39,486 nt of DNA, taken from positions 43,364,484-43,403,969 of the forward strand of contig NC_068990.1 of NCBI RefSeq assembly GCF_001194135.2. The letters run 5' to 3'. Origin of the DNA: Octopus bimaculoides. Its lineage: Eukaryota. Both the position numbers and the translations under genes were made by a program. The notes beneath the pieces were generated by a model. It was not told where the DNA came from and did not search any database. It worked only from the letters and a program-made list of their open reading frames with translations. Positions 22,767-34,014 of this stretch are shown here, piece after piece; position 1 is the stretch's first letter, and the number at the start of each line of letters is the position of its first letter.

Positions 22767-24749
22767 TTACATATATATTTATTGCTTAAATGAGCCTGAC
22801 AGACTCTAGTATGAATCTTAAATAATGATAATGCCCCAGCATGGCCAAAGCCAAATAGTAGGTACCAGTAAAAGGATAACATAATAATGTTATTTGCTTT
22901 TTTAGTAACAGAAATATTTATAATGGTCACCTCTTCTGTTATTACAATTCTATTTCCATTTCAGATACTTTCTAGAAATATTTTAATGCTTAATTAATCT
23001 CAGAGGTAGCAGTATGGCTGGATGATTAAGAATTTTGCTTTGCAACCATGAGACTCTGAGCTTGATTCTTCTTGGTAGCATCTTGGGTAAATATCATTTT
23101 CTATAACCTCAGGTTGACCCATATCTTGTGGGTGAAATTAGGTAGATGGAAACTCTATGAAAACCTATCAGACTGCTGCTTAAAGCATGGGCACACTGGA
23201 CAGTTGCTCAGGAACCTCACAGATCTAGGAGCCCAAATCTAACATATATATGATGTGGTTTGTTGTCAATAAATGAATACTATAGGGTTCAATGCATGAA
23301 TTTGCCCAGGAAGTGGATGCTATGCTGCTACTAAGATGGCCTTGCTGTCAGATGGATAACATTTGCAATTTGAAGGTATGTCTTGTCACATGTAGTCTCA
23401 TGCTGATCCTATCTGAGAATTACATTAAGGATACATATGTCAGTGGAATACTCAGCCAGTTACACATTCAGGCAGGAATAGGTTATTCAGTTGATTGCAT
23501 AATCTGAAGAAAACTGAATCCTCGTTGTCTAACAAATGGAGTACCATCCATCCAACTGACCCTGGAACTCATCAAATAATGCAGCTCCTGCAGAATAGTC
23601 ATGGCAGGAATACTTTTGATCATAAGATTGCTGATCTGGAGCTAATCATCAACATCTATAATTCCAAGGTGGTAACTAACCCTGTATTTTGGTGAGTTCA
23701 TTTTTGTTATGCCATATTCAGAAGAGTAGAGAACAGTGCCATGATGTGATCAAGCCTTTCAAGACCTTTATATTTACTTTGAATAGTTGTAATTTGAAGC
23801 TTGTAGGAAAAAAACATAAATGGTGAGGTTTGTTGCTGTTGTTTTTGTAGACCTCAGCAGGGTTTGAACTCATAACACAAAGAACCAAAACTAAATAATA
23901 ACCAATAAGGCATTTTGTCTGATGCTTTAATGATTCTGCCACAGAATGGGATTATGCGGTACTTACGCTTTCCTCAAAAAAAAACGTCAAGAACATAACT
24001 GCAAAATAAATTTACTTCTAAACCAGGAATTAGAATAGTCAAAAGTAAATTACCGATTTGCAGCATAACAGGAACTTGATTTGTATTCATAATGTTAGTC
24101 ACAGAAATAGGAAATAACAAAAAAGCAATAGAAATATGTAGTTTTGTCTCTGCAATATTTCTTTAAATTTAGTTCATATCTTTGCATACACAATATTACT
24201 GACATTACAGAGTCTTCCTTCAAGCTCAAAATTATTGCACACGTTTTCTCTGATAAATACAAATTAAGTTTACACTTTAGGTTCTCTCTGATTAACGATC
24301 CATTTTCTTCTTCTTCTACATCCATTTCTTTTCTTTTTCTCCTCCTCCTCCTTCTTTCTACTAATATACATCCAATGGCAATCTTAGAAGGCATCCTAAT
24401 CGAAGGCAAAAACAAACTACACAAAAATATTCAATCAGAAATGTACTCAATAATTTAGTTGTGTGAAATAAGTTTACATTGCAGCCTAGCTGAATGTAAA
24501 AATAATCTCTTAGCAAAATGACTCCGTGGCCCAGTTTCTTGTCTTGACTTTAATAATTTCACATATTTCATACTGCTAATGTTCTTGGAAAAAGCTATAA
24601 GCATCTCAATTCTTATTTCTTCCACATCTATAGACATCAATAGGGGAGATAAGTAAATGAGGAAAACCCTATGTGATCACTCGATCTGCTAGAAATAACA
24701 GCCAAATTGTGAGACAAAATATCTAAGACAGGGACAAATATCTAAGACA

Positions 24750-24884
24750 TGGCTGCATGTTAAGAAGTTCGCTTTGTAACCATGCAGCTTTGGGTTTAAT
24801 GCCACTGTATGGTACATTGGGCAAGTGTCTTCTGCTATAACCTCAGGCTGAACAATGTCTTGGAAATGAATTCGGTAGACAGGC
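24750..24884 (+). mobile_element. Degraded SINE A 5' half
   Basis: catggctgcatgttaagaagttcgc ... acattgggcaagtgtcttctgctataacctcagg. Confidence 0.7.
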
Positions 24885-25050
24885 TCCAATCTGATCTGGC
24901 AAGGTTTCTACAGCTGGATACTCTTCCAAATGCCAGCCACTCCAAGAGAGTAGTGGATGCTTTTTATGTGCTACTGGCATGGGAGCTAGTCAGGTGACAC
25001 TAGCATCAACCATGCTTGAATGGTGCTTTTTACTTGCCACCAGCATGGTG
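24885..25050 (-). mobile_element. RTE 3' UTR fragment containing the 66-bp repeat
   Basis: ggtttctacagctggatactcttccaaatgccagccac; tgcttttta recurs at 24958 and 25024 (66-bp period). Confidence 0.75.
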
Positions 25051-25077
25051 TGCCAATATATATACATATATGCTGAG

Positions 25078-25430
25078 ACCCCCCTTTGGTCATAACTGAC
25101 CATGGGATTGCACCTAGAAAGTTACCCTCCCAGGCACAAGTCCGGGCAAGGTTGTTTATGGAAGACCAGCAGTTGCCCATGCATACTGGCCTCCCCTCTC
25201 CATGCCGCCAGTGTNNNNNNNNNNNNNNNNNNNNNNNNNNNNNNNNNNNNNNNNATACAGCTTGGCACCTGTGACGTCGCAACTCGTTTCTACAGCTGAG
25301 TGAACTGGAGCAACGTGAAATAAAGTGTCTTGCTCAAGAACACAACACGCAGCCCGGTCTGGGATTCGAACTCACAACCTCACGATTGTAAGCTCGACGC
25401 TCGATGCTCTAACCACTGAGCCATGCGCCT
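25078..25430 (-). mobile_element. SINE E, near full-length, contains 40-N gap
   Basis: Minus-strand head aggcgcatggctcagtggttagag (A box), gagttcgaatccc (B box), then ttcttgagcaagacactttatttcac. Confidence 0.9.
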
Positions 25431-26062
25431 TCACACATATATATATAGTATGTATATATAGTGCCAATATATATACATATATATAGGAAGACTAAATGGA
25501 CAAAGTAGAACAAGAGAAAACATGTGGGATAAAGAGTCACTGAAGAGATCATGGGATGTGTGATGAAAGAGCTTTGACAAAGAAACTAAAATAATATTGA
25601 TATTAAAGCTGAAGTGAAGACCAAATATACAGTGAGTGAGTTTAATTGGCAAAAAATTATGACCATCCCCAAGTATAACAATATGTTTCAGCACACAAAT
25701 TTACATCAAGTATCTTGCAAAACAAGTGCATAAATATGTATGTGTGTGTGTTCGTGTAGTACATACATGAATTTATATATGTATAAATGTCTATATATAT
25801 ATATACATATATATATATTTATATATATATATATATATATATAAATATATATATATATGTATACACACACACACACACATATATACAGAGTCTGCCAAAA
25901 AAGGTATGCACACTTCAAGAAAGGAAAAAAATCTGTATAAATATTTAACTTGTATAAGTACCCCTCATATAAACAGGAATTATTTTTATGTTTCTGAACA
26001 GACTCCTTACTAAAATACGAAAATATACAGATTTCAGTGTACTGTACCTCTAGGAATACATA

Positions 26063-26105
<43 letters not shown>

Positions 26106-26356
26106 TTCTACTTCTTACACATTCTTCTTCCTTCTTACCAGTCATTTTTTCTTTTTTTTTTTAAGCATTGCAATTTAGGTCATTGACTTACCAATGAAGG
26201 TGTCTATATGTGGTCCTGCAACCTGCTAGAAAAAGCAACCAAATTGCCCACTTTACCATCTTCAAAAACTGAAAGGTCAAAATTTTGGTAATGGTTGTAC
26301 GTATTTTATAATCAGAAATAGACTACCATGGCAGGAATATTTTGATCATTGGTACA

Positions 26357-26518
26357 GGCATGGTTATGTGCTTAAGAGGCTTGCTTTGTAACCACATGGT
26401 TTTAGGTTCGGTCCCACTGTGCAGCACCTTGGGCAAGTGTCCTCTACTATTGCCCCAAAATGATCAATGCCTTATGAATGAATTTCGTCGGCAGAAACTG
26501 AATGGAAGCTGCCCATTG
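26357..26518 (+). mobile_element. SINE A 5' half (likely continuous with 27375-27478 before a nested insertion)
   Basis: accacatggttttaggttcggtcccactgtgcagcaccttgggcaagtgtcctctac, followed by (TATG)n. Confidence 0.75.
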
Positions 26519-26601
26519 TATGTTTGTATGTATGTATGTATGTATGTATGTATGTTTGTATGTATGTATGTATGTATGTATGTTTGTATGTATGTATGTA
26601 T

Positions 26602-27195
26602 AAAGCCGGTTTCTAACTTAGATCCAAGGCTCCTTCGCTGGAATTTCCACATCAACAGGGTATTTTTGTATGTATGTATATATATGTGGAGATTTGTATG
26701 TTTTGTTTTATGTATATATTCTGATGCCTATCTAGACCTGTTCATATATACACTTAGGTTTTTACAGTTCTAGTGATGGTTTGAGTCCTTTCTGATTTTG
26801 AGAAGCCTAATTTCTCAAGATTGGTATTTAGGCAGTGTGTTACATATCCCAGTGCCCTAATAATTACAGGTATAAACCTGAATTTGTAATCTGGATAGAG
26901 TAGCTGTAGATTCCTCAATATTTCAGCATAGGTATTTTCTTTTTCACTGGTCTTTAGCTTTATGTTAACATCCACTGAGCAGCTGATTTCCACAACTGTA
27001 CACAGTTTCTCTTCTCTATCCCAAATTACTATGTCAGGTCTATTATGTTTATATTTCACTGAGACATTCCACCAGCACTCCTTTTTATTATGAGTGGCGA
27101 TGGCTTCTATCATATTGTAGATTCTTATTTCTTTGGCCTCGGGGTTATCCTACAGTGTCCTTGCTCCAACAACGTCTCATTGGTAGATATTACTG
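26602..27195 (-). mobile_element. Restriction-like-endonuclease (R2/R4/NeSL group) LINE 3' fragment
   Basis: ORF 26754-27113 KHNRPDIVIWDREEKLCTVVEISC...EKENTY...FIPVIIRALG is a PD-(D/E)xK-type retroelement endonuclease; flanked by TGTA repeats on both sides. Confidence 0.8.
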
Positions 27196-27374
27196 TGCAT
27201 ATATATGTGTGTATGTGTGTACGTATATTTGTATAAATGCATGTATGTATATATGTGCTTGTATGTATGTATGTATGTGTGCTTGAATGTGTGTATTTAT
27301 ATATGTATGTGTGTCTGTATGTATGTATATTATGTATGTATGTATGTATGTATGTATTTATTGTGTTCGTGTGG

Positions 27375-27478
27375 TTTTGTTTTGGGGTTTGTCCCCCACC
27401 ACTGTTTGACAACTGGTGTTAGTTTGTTTTCATCTCCATACCTTACCAATTCAATAAAAGAGACCGACAGAAATCAAT
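27375..27478 (+). mobile_element. SINE A 3'-half fragment
   Basis: gtttgtcccccaccactgtttgacaactggtg ... aaagagaccga. Confidence 0.6.
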
Positions 27479-27529
27479 CCTAAACCAGTGTTTCTTGATC
27501 CTTTTTTGCCTATGGGCTGCTTTGATTCC

Positions 27530-28436
27530 TGTTTTACTGTGTAGCATAGTTGTTTGCACTCATGTATCATACGGTTTACCTTTCACTCTGAAGGAGAGGC
27601 CCTTTGTTGCCAACAGAGGTAGGAGCTCTCTGAACTTCGCTCAACCTAATCTTATTCTCGCAGTCATGCTCTCAGAGTATCCACCTCCACTACTGAGTTG
27701 GTCACCTAGATAACAGAAGCTATCCATTACCTCTAGCTTACCCATCTGGCAGTTGATGGAGTCTATTTTCTGTACATTTTCAGTGTTTATTGTACCTGTG
27801 CACCTTCCACACACAAAAACTATTTTCCCAGTTAACCTTCCTCTGATATTGTTCACTTCTTATGTGTCCATAGCTTGCACAGAGTACATCTTATGGAATT
27901 CCTACCAACACCTTTCATACAAATCGAGCAAGGCCATCTGCCTGAAGGGATTTGGGAATTGTCTGCTCTCCTACTTACTAAGACTTTGGCTTTTGCTAGG
28001 TTAACTCTAAGGCCTTTTGATCCTAGACCTTGCCTCCATGCCTGAAACTTATTCTCTAGTCCTGGTGGTGATTTGACTATATGAACAAGGTCCTCAGCAT
28101 AGAGGAACTCCCAGAAGCAATCCATCTTAGATCGCTTTGTTATTGCCTGGAGGACCATGATGAACAAAAAGGAGCTGAGGACTGATCCTTGATGAACCCC
28201 TACTTGTACCCAGAATTCCTCGCTATACTTGTTGCTAACCTTCACCTTACTGATAGCATCCCTGTACATGGCTTCTATAGCTCTCACCAACCACTCAGCT
28301 ATCCCTAGTTTCCACATTAACCACCAGATAAGGAAGTGGGAATTCTGTCAAAGGCTTTCTCCATGTTGACAAAAGCCAGGTACAGGGGTTTATTTTTGGC
28401 TAGATATTTCTCCCAAAGTTACCTAACTAGGGATAT
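27530..28436 (-). pseudogene. RTE LINE reverse-transcriptase remnant with PHD-like insert
   Basis: KYLAKNKPLYLAFVNMEKAFDR, VGVHQGSVLSSFLF, FLYAEDL, GLRVNLAKAKVL, CSIC...CTLCKLWTHKK...VCGRC, EVMDSFCYLG; frameshifts and stops. Confidence 0.9.
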
Positions 28437-28586
28437 ACAATGTTAAAAAAATTCCTATGGAAAATAGATATTAAGGGATGATGATGATGATGATGATGAC
28501 AACGATGACAATGATAACAACAACGAGGAATTAAATATTATTAGGAGTTGTATAAAAGAAATTGTTAAAATAGTTTGTGTATTGTA

Positions 28587-28985
28587 GGCGTAGGAGTGGC
28601 TGTGTGGTAAGAACCACATGGTTCTGGGTTCAGTCCCACTGTGTGGCACCTTGGGCAACTGTCTTCTACTATAGCCTCAGGCTGACCAAAGCCTTGTGAG
28701 TGGATTTGGTAGAGAGAAACTGAAAGAAGGCCATTATGTATGTATGTGAATGTGTTTGTATGTCTGTCTTTGTCCCCTCAACATTGCCTGACAACCGATG
28801 ATGGTCTGTTTACATCCCTGTAACTTAGTGGTTCAGTAAAAGTGACCAATAGAATAAGTACTAGGCTTACAAAGAATAAATCCTGGGGTCAATTTGTTCA
28901 ACTAAAGGTGGTGTTCCAGCATGGCCACAGTCAAATGGTCAAATGACTGAAACAAATAACAGAATAAAAGAAAAGAATAAAAGAA
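28587..28985 (+). mobile_element. Full-length SINE A
   Basis: ggcgtaggagtggctgtgtgg head to aaaagaat tail; possible TSD attgtag at 28581-28587 and 28985-28991. Confidence 0.9.
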
Positions 28986-29033
28986 TTGTAGAAGTATAGC
29001 CTATTTATTGCACACAAATCTTTAACTACAGGA

Positions 29034-29083
29034 ATCTTATATGGACCCTCAAGGATCATATGGACACTGGTTGAGAACCACTG
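29034..29083 (-). mobile_element. hAT-like MITE terminus
   Basis: ggttgagaaccactg; reverse complement aligns with 3154-3200. Confidence 0.6.
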
Positions 29084-29347
29084 GACTAAACTCTTCAATG
29101 TGGTGCCCCGGCATGGCTGCAGTTGAATGGCTGAAACAAGAAAAAGAACATAAAACAGATAGAATATCAGAGCTGGATATGGCCGGTTTAAAAGCTAAAG
29201 GGTTAAATTATCAAAATATGTAGAAGCTAATGTATATGAGAGGAGGTAGCTGTCTATAGATCAGTTAAGTAATACAGCTGAAGTGAATTAGATGTGGTCA
29301 CCAACTGAAGCTGAGTGAATTGGGCATCTTATCATTAAGACAATTCA

Positions 29348-29575
29348 CACTAAGACAAGTTTCACTGACTAAGACAAGTCTCACTGGCTACAAGTCCAAC
29401 AGATTAAGACAAGTCTCATTGGCTATGACAAATCTTACTGGCTAAGACAAACTGCTTACAACTTAATTCAGACAAGTCTCACTGCTTAAGAGATGTTTCA
29501 CTGAATAAGATAAGTCCTAATTACTAAGACATGTCTCAATGTCTAAGACAAGACAAGTTTTACAGAGTAAGACAG
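29348..29575. repeat. Degenerate 19-bp minisatellite (ctaagacaagtctcactgg-like)
   Basis: agacaagt recurs at 29353 and 29372 (19-bp period), with about 11 degenerate units. Confidence 0.85.
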
Positions 29576-29734
29576 AAATAATTATTATGATTAACTGGAT
29601 GGCAAAAGCTAGTAGATTACTGATTAAAATGTATTTAGTTCCATCATTTTACATTCTGAATTAAAATAACAGAGGCTTGAATTCACCCCCATGCCTCTTT
29701 CCCGCCATCTATCTGTCACACCTTAAACATTCAT

Positions 29735-29950
29735 TATCATCATTGTCATCATAATCTTCATCAACATTATCATGCTGGCTTGGATTGAACAGCATGATAG
29801 AATCCAGCAAGTCCAAAAACTGCATTATGATGCTCCAATATCTACTTTGACATGGTTTCCATGGCTGAATTCCCTTCCTAACTCCAACCACTCAAAGCAT
29901 GTACCATATACCATTCATTATTGCACCAGCACCAGTGAGGTCACCATGCA
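29735..29950 (-). mobile_element. Degraded RTE 3' terminus
   Basis: catgctggcttggattgaacag ... ggtttccatggctgaattcccttcctaactccaaccac. Confidence 0.6.
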
Positions 29951-30591
29951 GTTATTGGATTAAGGGACGAAAGTCAAGATGGTATCCTGTTTCTGCTCAA
30001 GAAACTCACCAAAACATTATCTAAAAGTATAATACATGTTAAAACCAAGTTATACATGATTATGAGCGACCGTTGTCATATTTGATAAGTTTATTGTAAG
30101 TGATTTCAATCTAATCATGGGTACAACTTGAATAGTAATGACCGCTATCATTATGATTTAAAGATTTAACAATTACATGAAAATCCAGCATCCCCTTTCT
30201 ACTTCATTGTGATTGAAATATAGTCTGCTGGTACTACAAATTCAAAATTAATGCTGACAGTTTAACTTGAGTTTTAATTCATCTGAAATATTATGATCTT
30301 AAATGTAATTAAAAGTTATGGGATAATTTGCTTAAGATAAACATACTTTATTGGATCATTGTTTCCTAATTTTGAATGCTAATGCACACAGCACACAGTA
30401 GTATGACAACAATATACATGTAGGGTGTGCATATATGTACGCATACATAAATACATAATTACACATACAAACACCCACACATGCATATACATGTATTCAG
30501 ATACACATAAATGTGTGTGTGTGTATGTATGTATATCCTACCCATGTGTGCATAGAAGATGGATGTTAAACAATGATGACGATATATATAT

Positions 30592-30761
30592 ATCATCATC
30601 ATCATCATCGTTTAACGTCCGCTTTCCATGCTAGCATGGGTTGGACGATTTGACTGAGGACTGGTGAAACCGGATGGCAACACCAGGCTCCAGTCTGATT
30701 TGGCAGAGTTTCTACAGCTGGATGCCCTTCCTAACGCCAACCACTCAGAGAGTGTAGTGGG
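30592..30761 (-). mobile_element. RTE 3' terminus, young-looking, cut by gap
   Basis: atcatcatcgtttaacgtccgctttccatgctagcatggg ... ggatgcccttcctaacgccaacc; CpGs retained. Confidence 0.8.
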
Positions 30762-30779
30762 NNNNNNNNNNNNNNNNNN

Positions 30780-30817
<38 letters not shown>

Positions 30818-30819
<2 letters not shown>

Positions 30820-31095
30820 CATCATCGTTTAATATCCATCTTCCATGCATACATGGGTAGGATGGTTCACAGAAGCTGACCGGGTAGAAAAACTCCCCGA
30901 TGCTACTGTGTCTGCTATGGTAGGATTTTTACAACTGGATGCCCTTCCTAACACCCAACACTGTGCAGAGTGGACTGAGTGCTTTTGACATGGCAATAGC
31001 ACAGGCGAGGTTAGTTTTGGCATGATTTTTACAGCTGGATGCCCTTCCAAATGCCAACCACTTTACGGTGTGGACAGGATGCTTTTTACATGTGT
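30818..31095 (-). mobile_element. RTE-tail-derived fragment with duplicated terminal motif
   Basis: ttttaca(a/g)ctggatgcccttcc..a..ccaac occurs twice about 100 bp apart. Confidence 0.65.
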
Positions 31096-31114
31096 GAGTA
31101 TATATATATATATA

Positions 31115-32412
31115 TTGGGTTGGCAACTAAGTTCCCACTGTTTTTCTAAATTTTGGAATTTATTGTGTTTTTAAATTTTGCAATCTATTCTTTAGGAGAA
31201 TTCTATTTTTGAATCATTTTCGAATCTATTTTGTTTTTTGGTTTTTTTTTGCTAGTTAATTTTAGTTAATTTTTGTTTATTTTCAGATCATTAAAATGGA
31301 ATGTCAAGTTAAGAAAAACAAGCATTTTTGACACCTCCTTTTTACTTTTAATCAAGGTTCTAAGGCCACAAAAGCTGTTCGCGACATTTGTGCTGTATAT
31401 GGAGAGGGTGCCATAGCTGAAAGAACCACTCATGATTGGTATGCCAAGTTCAAAAATGGAAATTTTGACCTCAAAGACACACTTCATTCTGACCATCCAG
31501 TTGAGTTCGATGAAGAGCAATTAAACAGACTTTTGCACGAAAATCCTCATCAAACGACAAGTGAACTGGCAGAGAGAATGGAATGCTCCCACACTGCTAT
31601 AGAGAAGCGTATTCACTCAATGGGAAAGGTTCAGAAGTATGGAGCATGGGTCCCACATGCTTTAAGTCACAATGACAAAAATCAACGAGCCACAGTCTCC
31701 GCTGGTTTGCTTGCTCGTCACCACTCAACTCATGGACACAGTCAACGATTTCTTTACCGAATCGTTACTGGTGATGAAAAATGGTGCTTGGACATCAATA
31801 TGAAGCAGTGTAAGGAATGGCTTAGCCCCGGTAAACAAGCGACACCGCGCATGAAACAAGATCTTCATCCACGTAAAATGATGTTGTGCATATGGTGGGA
31901 CTGGGAAGGGATTATATATTATGAATTGCTTGAACGGAACCAAACGGTCAACGCGGAACTCTATGTTCAACAGATGGAACAACTCAACACGGCTATTCAA
32001 GTGAAAAAACCTAATCAGCAGCATGAAGTTCTGCTGCACGATAACACCCGCCCTCATATCACCAATATGACCAAGAAAGCCATTCAAACACATGGCTGGG
32101 AAGTGCTGCCACACCTGCCATACTCTCCTGATTTGGCACCAGCGGATTTCCACCTCTTTCGATCTCTTTCAAATGTTATGCGTGGAGTTTCGTTCAATAC
32201 TGATGCAGAATTGAGAGCTTGGTTGGATCAATTTTTCGAGTTGAAATCGGGTGATTTCTACCAATGAGGTATTGAAAATCTTGCTGAACATTGCGAAGAA
32301 GTTGTAAACAACAAGGGTGAATACATTATTGATTAATTAGTTGTTATTTTTTATTAAACCTTTTAAAAAATTTAAATTTTAAAATATGGTAGGAACATAG
32401 TTGCCAACCCAA
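31115..32412 (+). mobile_element. Full-length mariner transposon (1298 bp) in (TA)n
   Basis: Left TIR ttgggttggcaactaagttccc (31115), right TIR ggaacatagttgccaacccaa (ends 32412), TA on both sides. Confidence 0.95.
31296..32336 (+). pseudogene. Mariner D,D34D-type transposase, 346 codons with two in-frame TGA
   Basis: ATG 31296, WVPHAL, TGDEKW, HDN, YSPDLAPAD; stops at 31329-31331 and 32265-32267; no frameshift; TAA at 32334-32336. Confidence 0.92.
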
Positions 32413-33374
32413 TATATATATATATATATAAATTAAGCAGAAAATGGAGAAATTTAAATTTGATTCCTGATAAACTCATGTTTATCTTTGCTATTGCCTG
32501 TATCCTATGAGCATAATATGCTTGCATATGTATGCCCGGGGTTAGCATAGGTAATTATACTGGTAGTAAAACGGATAGTTTTATCCCTTAGACGGTTATT
32601 TCAACCTCTAACTCTACTAACCTTATATGTGTGTGTGTGTGTGTGTATGTATGTATTATATAGAGGTATCTATGTGTGTGTGTATGTGTGTGTGTGTTTA
32701 TTGAATTTTGTAATAATTTTAAGGCATGTTCTTAAATTGTTACTCATTACTAGAACAGAAAAACCTATTAAAGTATCACTGTTACTGTATTCTTATTCTA
32801 TTCTGTGACTCACTTACAATAATAGCCATCTGAAAAAACCTACTAAAATAATAAATATATCCTATATGCTACAGGCACTTATTATATCTTAGTTGTACAG
32901 CCTTAATCTTTATTGCATTTAATGACTGAAAACATGGGTTTAGCTCCCACAATAATATCTACTGAGTAATTGAATCAATGATTTATAATGTGTGTGTGTG
33001 TGTGTGTGTGGAAAGTTATCTCAGTGGTTCACAGAGTAAAAATATATAAAGTTTTGATTGATTGTCTCATTTGAACAGAAATCATTAAGTAATTATAATG
33101 ATGATAATCATTGACTGTGATCTCTATGTTTACAGCCTAAAAGTTGATACCTCTTATGTCTTTTTCTTCTTTTTTTTTTTTTTTTTNNNNNNNNNNTTTT
33201 CTTTAATAAGATATTCAGTGAGTGAGGGTGTAGTGTTTTCTCATCTTTTGCTGGCCCGCCTAGACTGGTGAGATCGACAAGCTTGTTGCTTCATCACCGT
33301 TATCATCAGCAGCTGCACCACCACCACCACCACCAGCACTGCTACCACCACCATCATTATCATCATTGAAGTCA

Positions 33375-33560
33375 TTGTCATTTTGCAACTGCTTTCCATG
33401 CTGGCATGGATTGGATGCGACAACACAGTTAGAACCAGTTCTTGTTCTAATTTACTGCTTTCCTAAACAAATCAGGGACCATGTATCACTTGTATGTTCC
33501 ATTCTGGGAATGATTTCTGCAGTTTGATGCCCTGTCTAACACCAGCCACTTTATAGTGTA
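33375..33560 (-). mobile_element. Degraded RTE 3' terminus
   Basis: ctgctttccatgctggcatggattggatg ... gatgccctgtctaacaccagccactt. Confidence 0.55.
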
Positions 33561-33975
33561 TTTCAGATATATTTTACTGTAGCACCAACATCAGAGAGGT
33601 TATCATGTCTTCAATAAGACATGAGTAAAAGTGTCTTCTTGACCCTATCTTTATCATTATCATTATTTTTTTTTTTAGCATCTACTTTTCTACTTTTCCC
33701 ATGTTTGTGTGGTTCAGACAAAAATTATTGAAGCAGATTTTCTACAGCTGGGTTCCTTTTCTGTCACCAATCTTCACTTGTTTCTATGCAAGGTCATGTT
33801 TCCCTTAGCCAGGCATTTCTTTTTTTCATGGAAGACTAGAAATGAACGAGGTTGCTTATATGACAGTGATATTCATTTACAACCATGATGTGATGTCAAG
33901 ACAAATGTATACACAAGCACGTGCACACATGCACGCACACAGGCATGCACACACTCATGCATACACACACACATG

Positions 33976-34012
<37 letters not shown>

Positions 34013-34014
34013 AT

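Noticed and set aside
23495-23695. 66-aa ORF ending near a GTGAGT donor
   Set aside because: Overlaps catggcaggaatacttttgatcat, also found at about 26328, so probably a degraded dispersed repeat
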